From assembly GCA_013239625.1 (NCBI GenBank), contig MU054001.1, positions 5,443,078 through 5,507,077 of the forward strand: DNA of 64,000 nt, given 5' to 3'. Under the pieces are notes generated by a model, which was not told the DNA's origin, ran no database searches, and was given only the letters and a program-made list of their open reading frames with translations. Positions 24,446 to 36,059 of this stretch are shown one piece after another; the stretch's first letter is position 1, and each line of letters starts with the position of its first letter. A program made the translations under genes and the position numbers. Source of the DNA: Lama guanicoe. Its lineage: Eukaryota.

Positions 24446-24995
24446 CAAAAATCTGTGAGAGGCGTTTTTAAATGGATGAAATTGTGTGTCTAGTCAAGAC
24501 AGTGCTTGCTGTGCTTAGCTCATCAAATCACCCTCTGAACCAGAAAGGGAAATATAGAACTATGACAGAAGTATTAAAATACATACACATGTGTGGCACA
24601 GCCCCACTAAAAAGCAAGGTAAACCTCTCCCTGGGTAAGATCAGAAGTGGCGCACACTCAGCCGTAAGGGGATGGTGGGGGGCTTTGCTGAAGTCGTGGG
24701 TCCATCGCACTCTGGGGCTAGGGGTGGGCAGAGGCGGCTGGGAACTCAGTCCCATGTAGGAACAGGGGCCAGACCGCCTCAGGTTAGGACAGGGGACAGG
24801 GGGGCTGGATGAGGCTTCTCTCATCCTTGGTGGGTCATAATTCTACACCCACAGCGCTGGTGTGGATAACAAAATACTGACTGGAGAGCTGGAGAAGCAG
24901 AGACAATTCACAGACACAACACCAGGCAGGACGAGAGGTCAAAGAGCTGGTTCCAAACTGCCTGATCGGGAGGGATGAACACAGGAGAGAGAAAA

Positions 24996-25046
24996 TACAC
25001 ACACACACAAACACACTTACACACACACACACACACACAAACACAC

Positions 25047-25078
<32 letters not shown>
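24996..25078. repeat. Compound (CA)n microsatellite
   Basis: (CA)n interrupted twice by 'aaacacactt'. Confidence 0.95.
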
Positions 25079-25080
<2 letters not shown>

Positions 25081-25489
25081 CCCTCTCCTTCTCTGCTTCC
25101 CCTTGTTGCAGGTTTCTACTCTTTACCAAGCAGACAAAATTCAGTCCATCCAAGACGGCCAGCAGTTCTGTCCTCTGAGGTTAAAAACAATGGAAGGTTC
25201 TTCTGTCACTGCCCCGGGCACCTCTATACCTCTCCCTCTGACAAATCCTTTAGAAAAAGAGATGCTAAAAGGTCCTCGGAATTTCCAAACTGCTATTTTT
25301 CTTTAGAAGTTAATTGGCCTGGCCCTCCTGCCCCCAGGTATTCAAAGGCCGCAGAAGGGCACAAGGAAACATCCCCCAAAGTCTCTTGGATTCAGTGCCT
25401 CCTTAAGAGTTTCATCACAAAGAATGTGCTTCATTTGCATTGTGTGTCCCAAATTTATTTCACCATAAGGCAAAGCAGGAGTTTTGTCC

Positions 25490-25625
25490 TTATCTGAAAA
25501 AAAAAAATGAGCAAGTATAAGAACAGAGAGTTCAAGAGCTTTCACTGAGGTCACACAGCCAGTCATACTCAAAGCCCTCTGGGAGCAGAATCTCCTGCCC
25601 AGCGTGCTTTCCCCTATGCCTTAAG
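25490..25625 (-). mobile_element. MIR fragment
   Basis: 'acagagagttcaagagctttcactgaggtcacacagccagt'. Confidence 0.6.
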
Positions 25626-25819
25626 GCCGCCTTTTGACACTTTGAATATAGAGTATCAAAGAGAAAGCTACAACCCGTTTTCCGTAAATTCCAGCTAAAG
25701 TCAAGAAAATATCAACTGTTCAGTACAACGGAATTAGAGGATACTTTGGTTTCACACTGCTTAGCACAACTCTAAGATTCAGATAATCATTATGTTAAAA
25801 AAAATTTATGAACTATGAA

Positions 25820-26160
25820 TTGGAAGTGATCTGGGACATATAATCTAAAGCCTTCACTTCTCAGATAGGAAAACTGAGATACAATGGAGGGAAAGGGTTT
25901 GATCTAGTCGTGGGCAGAGCCCAGGGCTCATAACCATGGCACCTAGTGTTTACTGAGCACTCACCTCGTACTTGGCACTGAGCTGTCGATGTGCGACCAG
26001 TACCTGACCTGACAGAGCTGCATGCAGCGGATACCATGAAACACATCCCCATCTTACAGATAAAGATGCAGAGGTTGAGGGAGGTCAGGTAGCTAGCTCA
26101 CAGCCACACAGTTGGTGAGTAGCAGTATCTAGAGTTGAGGCCAAGTCAGGCTAATTTCAA
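25820..26160 (-). mobile_element. Two adjacent MIR copies
   Basis: 'cagataggaaaactgagataca' and 'ccccatcttacagataaagatgcagaggttgagggaggtcaggtagctagctcacagccacacag'. Confidence 0.75.
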
Positions 26161-26249
26161 AGACCACTGTGAAGGACCACTGTCAAGACCATGCTGCCAA
26201 GACCACACTAAGTTCAATCTAGCCTTTCTCAGTCGTCATGTGACTATAG

Positions 26250-26455
26250 GAAGTGTTCTGCATGAGACAGATTTCATTTTGTGCCCTGGTTCTGCCACTT
26301 CCTACCAGACAGCTACTTTACCTTTAGCTACTTAACCTCTTTGAAATTCAGTTTCTTCATCTGTGAAATGAGCATTATAACAGCACCTAGCTTGCCGAGT
26401 TATTGTAAGGACTGAGATAACCTATGGAAATCACCTACCCCACGTCTTGCCATAG
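26250..26455 (+). mobile_element. MIR SINE
   Basis: 'acttaacctctttgaaattcagtttcttcatctgtgaaatgag'. Confidence 0.8.
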
Positions 26456-26524
26456 AAGATAAAGTTTGTTCCCTTGTTTACTGATTAAATGTGTGTGTGT
26501 GCGTGTGTGGGTGTGCATCCCTCA

Positions 26525-27030
26525 TGTGGTAAACAGCCTCCAAAATAGCTCCCAATGATCCTTACCTCCTGATATTCATATCCTTGTGTATTCTTCCCCT
26601 AAACTGTATCAGAGTCAGTCTATGTGACCAACAGCACATGGCAGGAGTGATGTATGTCTTTTCCAAGAATAGGTTATAAAAGACTATGACTCCATCTTGG
26701 TCGGTCTATCTATCTATCTATCTATCTATCTACCTATCTAACTCTCTATCCATCAAGTCACTTGGGGATGCCAGCAGTCACGTGAGCAAGCTTGGAAAGG
26801 GATCCTCCAGCCCCAGTCCAGCATTCAGATGATAGCAGACCCAGCAGACAGCATCACCTCAACCTCATGAGAAAACCTCAGCCAAAACCATCTGAATAAG
26901 CCTGGATCCCTGACTTACTCCTCACTCTGGATTCCTGATTTCAGAAGACTTGGGAAATAATAAATGTTTGTTGACATAAAACTGCTACTTTTTGAAGTTA
27001 TTTGTTATGCAGAAATAGACAGCTAATGCA
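26525..27030 (+). mobile_element. MaLR solo LTR (MLT1F-like) with (CTAT)n
   Basis: Starts 'tgtggtaaacagcctccaaaatagctcccaatgatcc', ends 'tttgttatgcagaaatagacagctaatgca'. Confidence 0.88.
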
Positions 27031-27239
27031 CCTTCACTTGATGTGGGCAGGGATGGGGGTGTAGGATGTCTGTAGGGTTGTGATGGTAGGTCTTTTGGAG
27101 CCTCAGACTGAGCCCAGAGGAATTATTGCAGGCCTGGCCAAGGTTCTTCAGAGACCCATAACTGCTTGATTAAGATTTGTCCCACTTAACCCTCCACATA
27201 CATACATCTTCCCCTTGGCCTGCTTCACAGGGTCTGCAT

Positions 27240-27570
27240 TTAGAAGCTCCTTTTAATTGTCTTGAAGCAGAATCCCGTTCCAAGCCATCAAGCAACAAAA
27301 ACAAAGGTGTTTATTGTAGGAGGAAATAAAAACATTCTTTTCATTTACACGTCAGCCGTGGAGAAGAACATGAAAGCATTTTGCAAGTTTTCTTGAACTC
27401 GGGCTTCTGTTTTGATTTTTCAAAGTGCAAATCAGCATCCAAGCCCAAACCTTGGGGTGGCAGAAAAATCTAATTAGATGGCGGGAAGTTTTACATACAT
27501 TTGTTTCTTTCTGTTATTTTTTCAAGGCTGACAGGATCACCCATCTGCTTAAAATATAATTGAGTGGGGA
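27240..27570. promoter_or_regulatory. Candidate enhancer-like island
   Basis: Non-repeat; AACAAAG, TGTTTAT, ACGTCA, 12-bp palindrome ATCTAATTAGAT 27468-27479, TGACAG; motif inference only. Confidence 0.3.
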
Positions 27571-27717
27571 AGTGAGAAGGAAAAAAAAAAAAAACCTAGT
27601 CTGAAAATTTAATTCCAAACCAGGAGCCTGCTGATACTGACCTTGAATTAGGGGTTCTTTGTAAGCCAAAGATGACTGTTTATTAGTGAGAAGATGGCAC
27701 CATCAGCTTCCAGCCTA

Positions 27718-28112
27718 TGATAGTCATGAAGAACACTGACAAATACTCTGATCCTACTCCTTTTGGGCACAAGGGAGGATTGCAATTGCAATTCTCTCTG
27801 CCCTTTAAAGTGATGCAGAGCCATGTGACTTGCTCTAGCCAAGAAAATCTGAGCAGAGATGATTTGAGCCACTTTCAAGTGAAACCTTTAAGAAAGAGCA
27901 CACCATTCTCTTCCCTCTGCTACAGAGATCATAGAAGCTATTGATATGGCACAACAGCCTAGCTCTCTGACCCCTGATGATCAGAGCATCCCAGCTAGCC
28001 CATACTGGACATATAATAGGAAAAATAAATGCATCTTTGTTCAATTAAGCTACTGAGATTTGGGGAGGAGGTGTTTGTTACACACCATTATTCAGCCTAA
28101 CTGACTAATACA
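27718..28112 (+). mobile_element. MaLR LTR (MLT1I/J-like)
   Basis: 'gccatgtgacttgctctagccaagaaaatctgagcaga', 'ttaagctactgagatttgggg', terminal 'ctgactaataca'. Confidence 0.82.
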
Positions 28113-28332
28113 CAGACTTTGAAACTAAGTCTATGACTTGTTCAGTCTTTATTCATTCAGTGAACATTTACCAAGCCCTAAGTCTGTACTAAACATCTGG
28201 TTAGATCCTGGGCAGCACCTAGGACCATATCAGGAGCCCAGCATTTGTACAATAAATATTTCTTGAATAAATAATCATAATAATGACTATTATCAGCATA
28301 ATGCTTGGTGTATAATAAGTGTCCAGGAGAAG

Positions 28333-29191
28333 CCTGGACAGCTGCATGTCAATCAATGAAGTTAGAATACTCCCTCACACCACACACAAAAATAAACTCA
28401 AAATGGCCAAGACTTAAATATAAGACATGATACCATAAATCTCCTAGAAGAGAACATAGACAAAACATACTTTGACATAACTCATAGCAGTGTTATCCTA
28501 GGTCAGTCTACCAAGGCAATAGAAATAAAAGCAAAAATAAACAAATAGGTCCTAATTAAACTTATAAGTTTTTGCATAACAAAGGAAACCATAAACAAAA
28601 CAGGAAGATGACTTACAGACTGGGAGAAAATATTTGCAAATGATGCAACTGACAAGGGCTTAACTCCCAGACTATAAAAACAGCTCATATAACTCAATAA
28701 CAAAACAAACAAACAAACAAACAACCCAATCCAAAAATGGACAGACATTTCTCTGATGACATACAGATGCACATTAGGCAGATAAAAATGCTCAATATTG
28801 CTAATTATCAGAGACATGAAAATCAAAACTACAATGAGGTATTGCCTCATATCTGTTAGAATGGCCATCATTAAAAAGTCTACAAATGATAAATTCTGGA
28901 CAGAGTGTGGAGAAAAGGGAATCCTCCTTCACCATTGGTGGAAACATAATTTGGTGCAGCCACTGTGGAAAACAATGTGGAGATTCCTTAAAAAACTAAA
29001 AATTGACTTACCATACAATCCAGAAATCCCACTCCTGGGCATATAACTACAGAAAACTTAACTCAAAAAAATATATGCACCCCAATGTTCACAGCAATAG
29101 TACTTATAATAGCCAAGACATGGAAACAACCTAAACATCCATCAACAGATGTTTGGATAAAGAAGATGTGGTGTATATGTATGTGTGTGTG

Positions 29192-29247
<56 letters not shown>

Positions 29248-29692
29248 GGAATACTACTCAGCCATAAAAAAGAATGAAATAATGACATTTGCCACAATAT
29301 GAATGCACCTAGAGATTATTATACTAAGTGAAGTAAATCAGGCAGAGAAAGACAAATACCACATGATATCATTTATATGTGGAATCTAAAAAAAAATGAC
29401 ACAAATGAATTTATTTTGCAAAACAGAAACAGACTCACAGACATAGAAAACAAACTTATAGTTACCAAAGGGGAAGGGGAGGGAGGGATAAATTAGGAGT
29501 TTGGGATTAACAGATACTACTATATATAAAACAGATAAATAACAAGGTCCTACTGTATAGCACAGAGAACTATATTCAATATCTTATAATAACCTATAAT
29601 GAAAAAGAATATATATATATATATAACTGAATCACTATGCTGTACAGCAGAAAGTAACACAGTATTGTAAATAAACTATACTTCAACAAAAA
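28333..29692 (+). mobile_element. 5'-truncated L1 (ORF2 3' end, 3'UTR, A tail) with (CA)n at 29195-29244
   Basis: ORFs 28798-29046 and 29085-29267 are frameshifted L1 ORF2 ([31 protein letters not shown]); degenerate TSD aagtg(t/c)cca(g/a)ga. Confidence 0.95.
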
Positions 29693-29699
29693 AAGTGCC

Positions 29700-29895
29700 C
29701 AAGAAGTGACAAACACACTTAATTTTTTCAACAACCCTAGAAGAGGAATACTACCACTGTGTTCACTCTCACATTTAAGAAACAGGTTTATATAGGTTAA
29801 GTCTCTTACTATAAGTTATACAACCAATAAATTGCACAACTAGCCTTTAAACCTAGGCTATCTCTAAATCCATAGGTTGTGTTCTTAAACGTAAG
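29700..29895 (-). mobile_element. MIR fragment (target of the L1 insertion)
   Basis: 'tttcaacaaccctagaagagg...aagaaacagg...aggttaagt...tttaaacctaggct'. Confidence 0.55.
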
Positions 29896-29914
29896 CCATC
29901 TCTAAACAAGTGAA

Positions 29915-30135
29915 TGCATAAAGGAGAATAAGGATGATATATCTGTCTTTGAAGGTTTTACTACAGTGGAGAGACTGATAAGCACAGTTACAAGTAATCT
30001 GAGCCTGGCAAAACTGGGAAGGTTTTACCAAGAAAGTGGCATTTGAGCTGGGTATTGAAGGAGAAGTTCAGACAAACTAACTGACAAGGAGGAGAGGGCA
30101 CTCCTGGCTAAGAGAATGGAATTTTCAAGGGCTTA
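29915..30135 (-). mobile_element. L2 3' fragment
   Basis: 'gggaaggttttaccaagaaagtggcatttgagctgggtattgaagga'. Confidence 0.65.
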
Positions 30136-31104
30136 GCTGGCAGTGCCACCACCAGGAAATAGGTCCACGTTACAGGAATGAGAAGTCCCCCTCTGCCACT
30201 CGCTATGATCTGTAACTGGTCTGAGAATGTCCTCAGTTGTGACAAAGTAGCCAGCAGTGGGGGGAGGAAAGTAGGCACCCTGCTGACTGCCTTCCTCTCA
30301 AGGCCACCATCCATTTATGAGTGATTATTGGGCCTCTTCACCGAGCCTGACACAGTGGTGGCCCTGGGGCTATAGCAATGAACAGCTGGGCCTTGCAGAT
30401 CTGAGCTATAGGCTTCAGAGTCTGGTCCGCATCTAAGATAAGCTGCACAGGCCAGACAGGGCTCAAAAAGAAATCCTCACCAGCTGAATGACCTTTGGGA
30501 GGATTTTGAACAAGTAGCCAAATCCCTGGGACTGAAGTTCACCCACTTCTCCCGCAGCCTTTGTCCAGATGGTCAGTCACCATGTCAGGTTGCTTAACTG
30601 GACCTTGGAGTGTCCAAGAGAGGTTAGGTCAGCAGATGCCTTAATCACAGACATGCTCACTTCCCTTGTCGTTTCTGGCCTGTGAGTGCTTCTGTCCCTA
30701 TTGCACTAGCAATAACGGGAATTTATAAAAAATCCTGGCAGCATAATATGGGAGCAGAGGTGTTTGAAGGATGGCCTAAAGGGCTTCAGAAGATTGCAAG
30801 TGGATCAAGTTTCCCAGAAGCTCATGTCCGCTTGGCTCTGCTTCAAACACCACTAAATTCCTGCCAGAATTAACAAGAAAGATTCCTCAAAATCTCTTTT
30901 ACTCAGGGTGTGCAAGGCAAGAATTAGATTCATCACATACACCCTATCTTACCGTCTATCTCTTTCTCCTTTCTGTGGGTTGAGGCTCAGGCATGCTCTG
31001 CCTGGCTGCAGAGGGATGGGCTAGGTGGACTTAAAATCTGCATCAGCAGCACCAAAAGGTCAATGTTGCAGACCTCCAACTGACTGGACTGACCCCTCAG
31101 AAAC

Positions 31105-31362
31105 AGACCAATTTGCCAAAAATCAGCTCATCAAAAGCTAACTTGCAACATGATCAGTTTTCCAAAAGACTAATGAACAGCAAGAAAAATTCACCAAATT
31201 AGAATTTTTTTAAAAACTAGATGCTTCTGCCTCATACTCTGCCCTTGCCCTTCGAATATTTGCCTTAAAATTTCCACCAAAATAATCAAACAATTGGATA
31301 CTCAGTGAACTGGTCATTGGGTGAGCTGATTCTCTGTTAACTGATCATTGACAAATTGACCT
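31105..31362. mobile_element. Ancient foldback-like element with inverted 15-bp subterminal repeats (MamRep605-like)
   Basis: Left arm units 'gaccaatttgccaa/aatcagctcatcaa/gatcagttttccaa'; right arm reverse complement 'gtcaatttgtcaa/gatcagttaacaga/aatcagctcaccca/gaccagttcactga'. Confidence 0.6.
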
Positions 31363-31379
31363 TTAGGAGCCCCCTCATT

Positions 31380-31860
31380 GGTACAAATGCAGGCTTTTGC
31401 ATAGCTCCACCCTCCCCCATTCAGAATTTGAGAGCACCTGTCAAAAAAGTTTCCATCATCTTGATCTACCTAGCCGGAAGGTCTTTGTTTCTGAATATGG
31501 GAGAGCAGTCATCATCCCCCACGGAGATGCAACATCCCTCCCCAGCATGAGATGGAGGCTTTAGTGTTGAAAACTTGCCTGCTGCTTATTTACTTAAATT
31601 TGAGCACTTTCTCTGACCTTGCTGGAAAGTCATTGCCAAAGAGCAGGCTCCTGGCAGATACGCACTTTACAAGTGACACGCTTTCAAAATATGTCGTGTA
31701 AATCAGATATTGCCATAAAGTGGAAATTGCAGCCACAAATTGCGTCCTTATTACAACAGTGTCTGATAGATGAGGCACTGTTGACACTATACAACAGGTG
31801 GCCTGAGAAGTAGAAAGTTACATGCGGAGTATAAAAGACAATTATTTTTCAGTCCACAAT
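31380..31860. promoter_or_regulatory. Candidate enhancer-like island
   Basis: Non-repeat; GTAAATCA (PBX-HOX) 31698-31705 next to GCCATAAA 31712-31719; CTGTCA near 31438; motif inference only. Confidence 0.3.
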
Positions 31861-31869
31861 GGACATCAG

Positions 31870-31965
31870 AGAATGCTCCATCAAAGCTGGAAAGATTCTT
31901 AAGGCCATATCCAAGCCCTGCATTTTACAGATGAGGAGGCTGAGGCTTGTGAGGGGATGAGATCT
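31870..31965 (-). mobile_element. MIR fragment
   Basis: 'ccctgcattttacagatgaggaggctgaggc'. Confidence 0.75.
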
Positions 31966-32149
31966 GCTCCACTTGAATGGAGCCTATCTTGACACAGGCC
32001 CCCAGGAGGAGATTCCATGGCTCCATCCACTTTGCTTACTGACCCTGTCAAGACAGGAAATCTCAGTAGGGTCTTTTCCACAACAGGGTCTGGGGAACAT
32101 TCTGGGGAAGACAAGGCAGGAGACACAGGATCCTTGCTGTAGAAACTCA

Positions 32150-32322
32150 CGTCTGGGTGCAGACGAGAGACCAGGCATAAGCCTTGCCTCTGTGACCTTC
32201 AGAAAGTCACTCAATCTCACTGATTCTTAGTTTGCAAGATGAACTTGATTTCACCTACCTGTCTCACAAAGGTATCGTGAGGAATCAAATGAGACTTTCT
32301 AGGTAAGATAATTAAGTAAAGC
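32150..32322 (+). mobile_element. MIR fragment
   Basis: 'ctgtgaccttcagaaagtcactcaatctc...cgtgaggaatcaaatgaga'. Confidence 0.7.
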
Positions 32323-32709
32323 ATTTGACCTTTCAAGAGCCAAATTCATGCCATCTGTGCCAATCTCAACAAAAGGGCCAACACTGTGTCATCACAGCTC
32401 AGGATCAGACCAATGAGGTCACTATACTCATTGGTTGTGTCCTCCAGCCATGCCCCGATGTGTCTCCCCAGAACCTGTGTAGCTCTACCCCCTCAGACAC
32501 CCCCAGTAACATGATCATTCTATCCCCTAATTTAGAGTTACTTCCAATTCCAAAGAACTTCTGATACCAGAATTTGGAATTCTAAGGGAATTCAGTGGTC
32601 CATGCACACACTTCTAAACCTCTGCCACCACTAATCCCATCTCCCAGAATGTAAGCTGCCTGAGGGTTGGCGCTTTGGTCCCTCATTTCACAAGCTCTAG
32701 ATATTAATG

Positions 32710-33480
32710 GAGCCCTTACTTTATGCCAGACTATAAACTAGGCATTGTCTATGCCACAAGGCACAAGGAACAAAACAGACAAACTCCTGCTTTAATGATC
32801 TAAGATATGCAATTAAGAAGCAGGAAAGTAGAGAAAAAAAATAGAATAAAGTAGAAAAGACAACCATGATGATATCAGACAGTGACAGATTTGCTGAAGG
32901 AAATACGAATGGCTGATATGCCTGACTGGGGACTTGGCACATGATCAGATGGTGTGCAGCCGCTATGCACGGATGCAGCTGTCCTAGTTGTGCATGGCTA
33001 ACATCTATTTGGATTAACTAGTGATTGTGCCATCTCTGCAGTTAGAAATGTTTAATGCCACTGCTGCTGTGTGGTGTACAATCAGAGAGTCAAAAAAGTG
33101 TCTTCGAAAGCACAGTATTGAGCCAGATCTGAATCATGAGAAGTTCATAGGGAAGAGTGCTCCAGGAGAGAGGGCCAGCATGTGCAAATTCCTGTGGTAG
33201 GAAGAAGCCTGGAGTAAGAGAGAACCAGAAAGAAGGCTGCTGGGGAGACTAGAGGGTAGTAATCACCCAGGTTGGTGAGATGGGCACAAACCATGTACAG
33301 AATTTGGGGGTTATCCTAAGTGTGATGGGATCTGGGTTTTCTTTTTCCTTTTTTAATAGAGGTACTGGGGATTAAACCCAATACCACATGCGTGCTAATT
33401 ATGTGCTCTATCACTGAGCTATTACCCCACACACACACACTCCTAGATTTTCATTTTTAAAAGAGCACCCTGGCTGCTTT
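32710..33480 (-). mobile_element. L2 3' region, interrupted by a Vic-1 SINE
   Basis: 'gaacaaaacagacaaactcctgc', 'gggaagagtgctccaggagagagggccagcatgtgcaaa', 'tttaaaagagcaccctggctgct'. Confidence 0.75.
33340..33428 (-). mobile_element. tRNA-Ala-derived SINE (Vic-1-like, short tail)
   Basis: 'gaggtactggggattaaaccca...gtgctctatcactgagctatt' with T-rich tail. Confidence 0.85.
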
Positions 33481-34209
33481 CATAGAGAGGCCATTGTGTA
33501 TCCTCAGTGTCTGGAATCATGTCTACCACATGGCAGGTGCTGAATAACCTACTACCAAATCAAAGAACAAACACACCTGTACGTTCTCAGGTGCCGAATG
33601 AAGCCATCCCCCATCTGAGCTTAGCTTTTTCTAAATCCTCTCTCTGTGGCCACTACTGAGCAAAAGTGAAGTGTTCTCCCAGATTTTAGCTGCTGGTGGT
33701 GCTTGAGCTGTTGCCATGAGCCCCAGCTTAGATGGCAGTCCCGAAGCAGGCTTGGGGCCCCACACATCAGGGATTCTTGCTGAGCCCCCTGTGCTGCTTC
33801 CAGGTGGAGATGAGCACCTCAGATCTTTCTCATTCACAAATCTTAGCACATAGAAGCCCAAACTGAGGAGCTCCCATTTTTCAGTGGGTCTCTCTGCTCT
33901 AACGGAAAAATTGGGTTGTCATTCAAGAAAAGTCCTGTTTGGCATTACCATTAGCACCTCTGATTTTGCAATCTGGGGTTTGTATGTGGTTTTCTCATTT
34001 TGCAGATTGTATTGTTGCTTTTCAACTGTGTTTTTCATGGCTTCTTTGAAGTAACTTTTCTTTTCTCCCCTCTCACCCCGCCCCATCCCTTCTCAACATT
34101 CCAGAGGGAAGCCATCTTGCCAGTTTAGTGGAAAGCCCCCCGAGGGGAGGAAGGGAGTGCACAGAAGTCCACATTGAGGGCTTTAGAAGGTCTAGTGTCA
34201 TCTGTGGTG

Positions 34210-34880
34210 ATACCCACACCAAAGCCTCCACATGGAAGTTTATAGCAGGTTTTTATTCATAATTGCCAAAACTTGGAAGCAACCATGATGTCCTTCAGTA
34301 AATGAATGGCTAAATAAACTGTGGTACATCCAGACAAGGAATATTATTCACTGCTAAAAAAAGAAAAGAAATGAAATGAAATGAGCTATCAAATCATGAA
34401 AAGACAGAGGAATCTTAAATGTATATTACTAAGTGAAATAAGCCAATCTGAAAAGGCTACATACTGCCTGATTCCAGCGATATAACATCCTGGAAGGGGC
34501 AAAACTATGAAGAGAGTAAAAAGATTAGTGGTTGCCAAGGGTTAGGGAGGAGGAATGACAGATGAATAGGGGGAAGGTTTTTTGGGGCAGGGAAGCTATT
34601 CTGCATAATAATATAATGGTGGATACATGCCATTATACATTTGTCCAAACCTATAGAATGTACAACAGCAAGAGTGAACTCTGATGTAAACTGCAGACTT
34701 TGAGTGATAATGATGTGTCAGCGTAGGTTTATCAAATGTAGCTCTCTGGTACAGGATGTGGACAGTGAGAGAGGCTGTATGGGACAGGGGTTATACAGAA
34801 ACTCTTACTACTTTGTACGGAATTTTGCTGTGAACTTAAAACTGCTCTAAAAAATTTAAGTTTATTAATTAAAAAAAACA
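34210..34880 (+). mobile_element. L1MC1-like 3' end
   Basis: 'cattatacatttgtccaaacctatagaatgtacaacagcaagagtgaac', 'attttgctgtgaacttaaaactgctctaaaaaa'. Confidence 0.9.
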
Positions 34881-35367
34881 ATAGGACCACAAAGAGAATA
34901 CTGTTTGTAATGCTAGGGATCCTGAATGCCATTTCTTATAGTGACCCCCCACCCATTCATACCCTTGTGTGGTGGCCTAGGTCCAAAGAGGTCAGTCTGC
35001 TTTGGCCCAGGATACAGTGACTGAGCAGAGCTGGTCCTCAACTAGAATCAGGCACTTTGTTCTGATTGCCCACTCTTACAGTACAATTCCAGACTATTTT
35101 GTTTTTCTCTAAGTCCATAAAACATCAGCATTAAGATAATGTGGCTATGTTAGGAAAACATAACAACTCCTTAAAAATGAGATAGTCTCTCAGAAACAGC
35201 CTTAATGACAGGATTTTTTTAAAATTAGCTTCAGTGCTCCAAGTCATCAGATTATATCTAAATTTTATGGCAATAGTGTCACCATCTCCTCTTGTATAGA
35301 ACAGAAAGTTTCAATATTTAAGAACCTCATGCTATTCAAGCACCGCCACCATCATCATCACCATCAT

Positions 35368-35572
35368 CCCTAACATTTTAGAGCATTTATTATGTGCCAG
35401 GTGCAGTGCCAAGCATTTTGTGTATATTATCTCATTTAATCCTCATAACAGCTCTATGATGTAGCTAATACTATTATAAGTAACTTGCCTAAAGTCACAG
35501 ACTTTGTGGGAAAGTGATGAAGCTAGGATTAGAACCCAGTCAGTCCAATTCCAGAAGAAATATTCTTAACTG
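35368..35572 (-). mobile_element. MIR SINE
   Basis: 'tatgtgccaggtgcagtgccaagc...atctcatttaatcctcataacagc...aagtaacttgcctaaagtcacag'. Confidence 0.88.
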
Positions 35573-36059
35573 TGGAATCCTATTGGTTTATGATTTATGA
35601 GCCCAGGCCAAACTGAGAGCGTCAATGTTTGCCTTCCCAGGACCAGGGGAAGGTCCTGCTGGGAGCTCACTCAGAGTTCTTCAGTCTGAGCACCCCTTTA
35701 TGTTCTAACAAAAATTTCAGAATATCAGGGAACACACAGGTTGAATTACATACATGACCTCGAGCTTACTTATGCCTGTTGGAGGTGAAAAACCTATCCG
35801 TGTCAGCTAAACAGAGAGAAGATGGAAGACATATCTGTTTATTTTGATAAATGTAAATGAATTCTATTACTTGTCAAAATGTTATCAGGACCCCAATGAA
35901 ACGAGCTCTGGTTTTTTTTTTCTTTTTCCCTTTCAGGGTGAAGGGAATGAAGAGGGAGAGAAATGAATGTGCAAGACAGATTGCTTTGATTTGAAATGAA
36001 AACAAACAACTTTGGGGGAAAAAAAAGGCTTTCATTATTTTGGAGACCTTGGCATCCTT

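Noticed and set aside
24835..25178. Cys/Val- and His/Thr-repeat ORFs (also 36109-36339, 59155-59343, 41438-41858)
   Set aside because: Translations of microsatellites.
28503..29267. ORFs with protein-like content (also 517-813, 7502-7693, 12964-13158, 44134-44403, 59457-59747)
   Set aside because: Fragments or antisense frames of decayed L1 ORF2 and 3'UTR, with frameshifts and stops.
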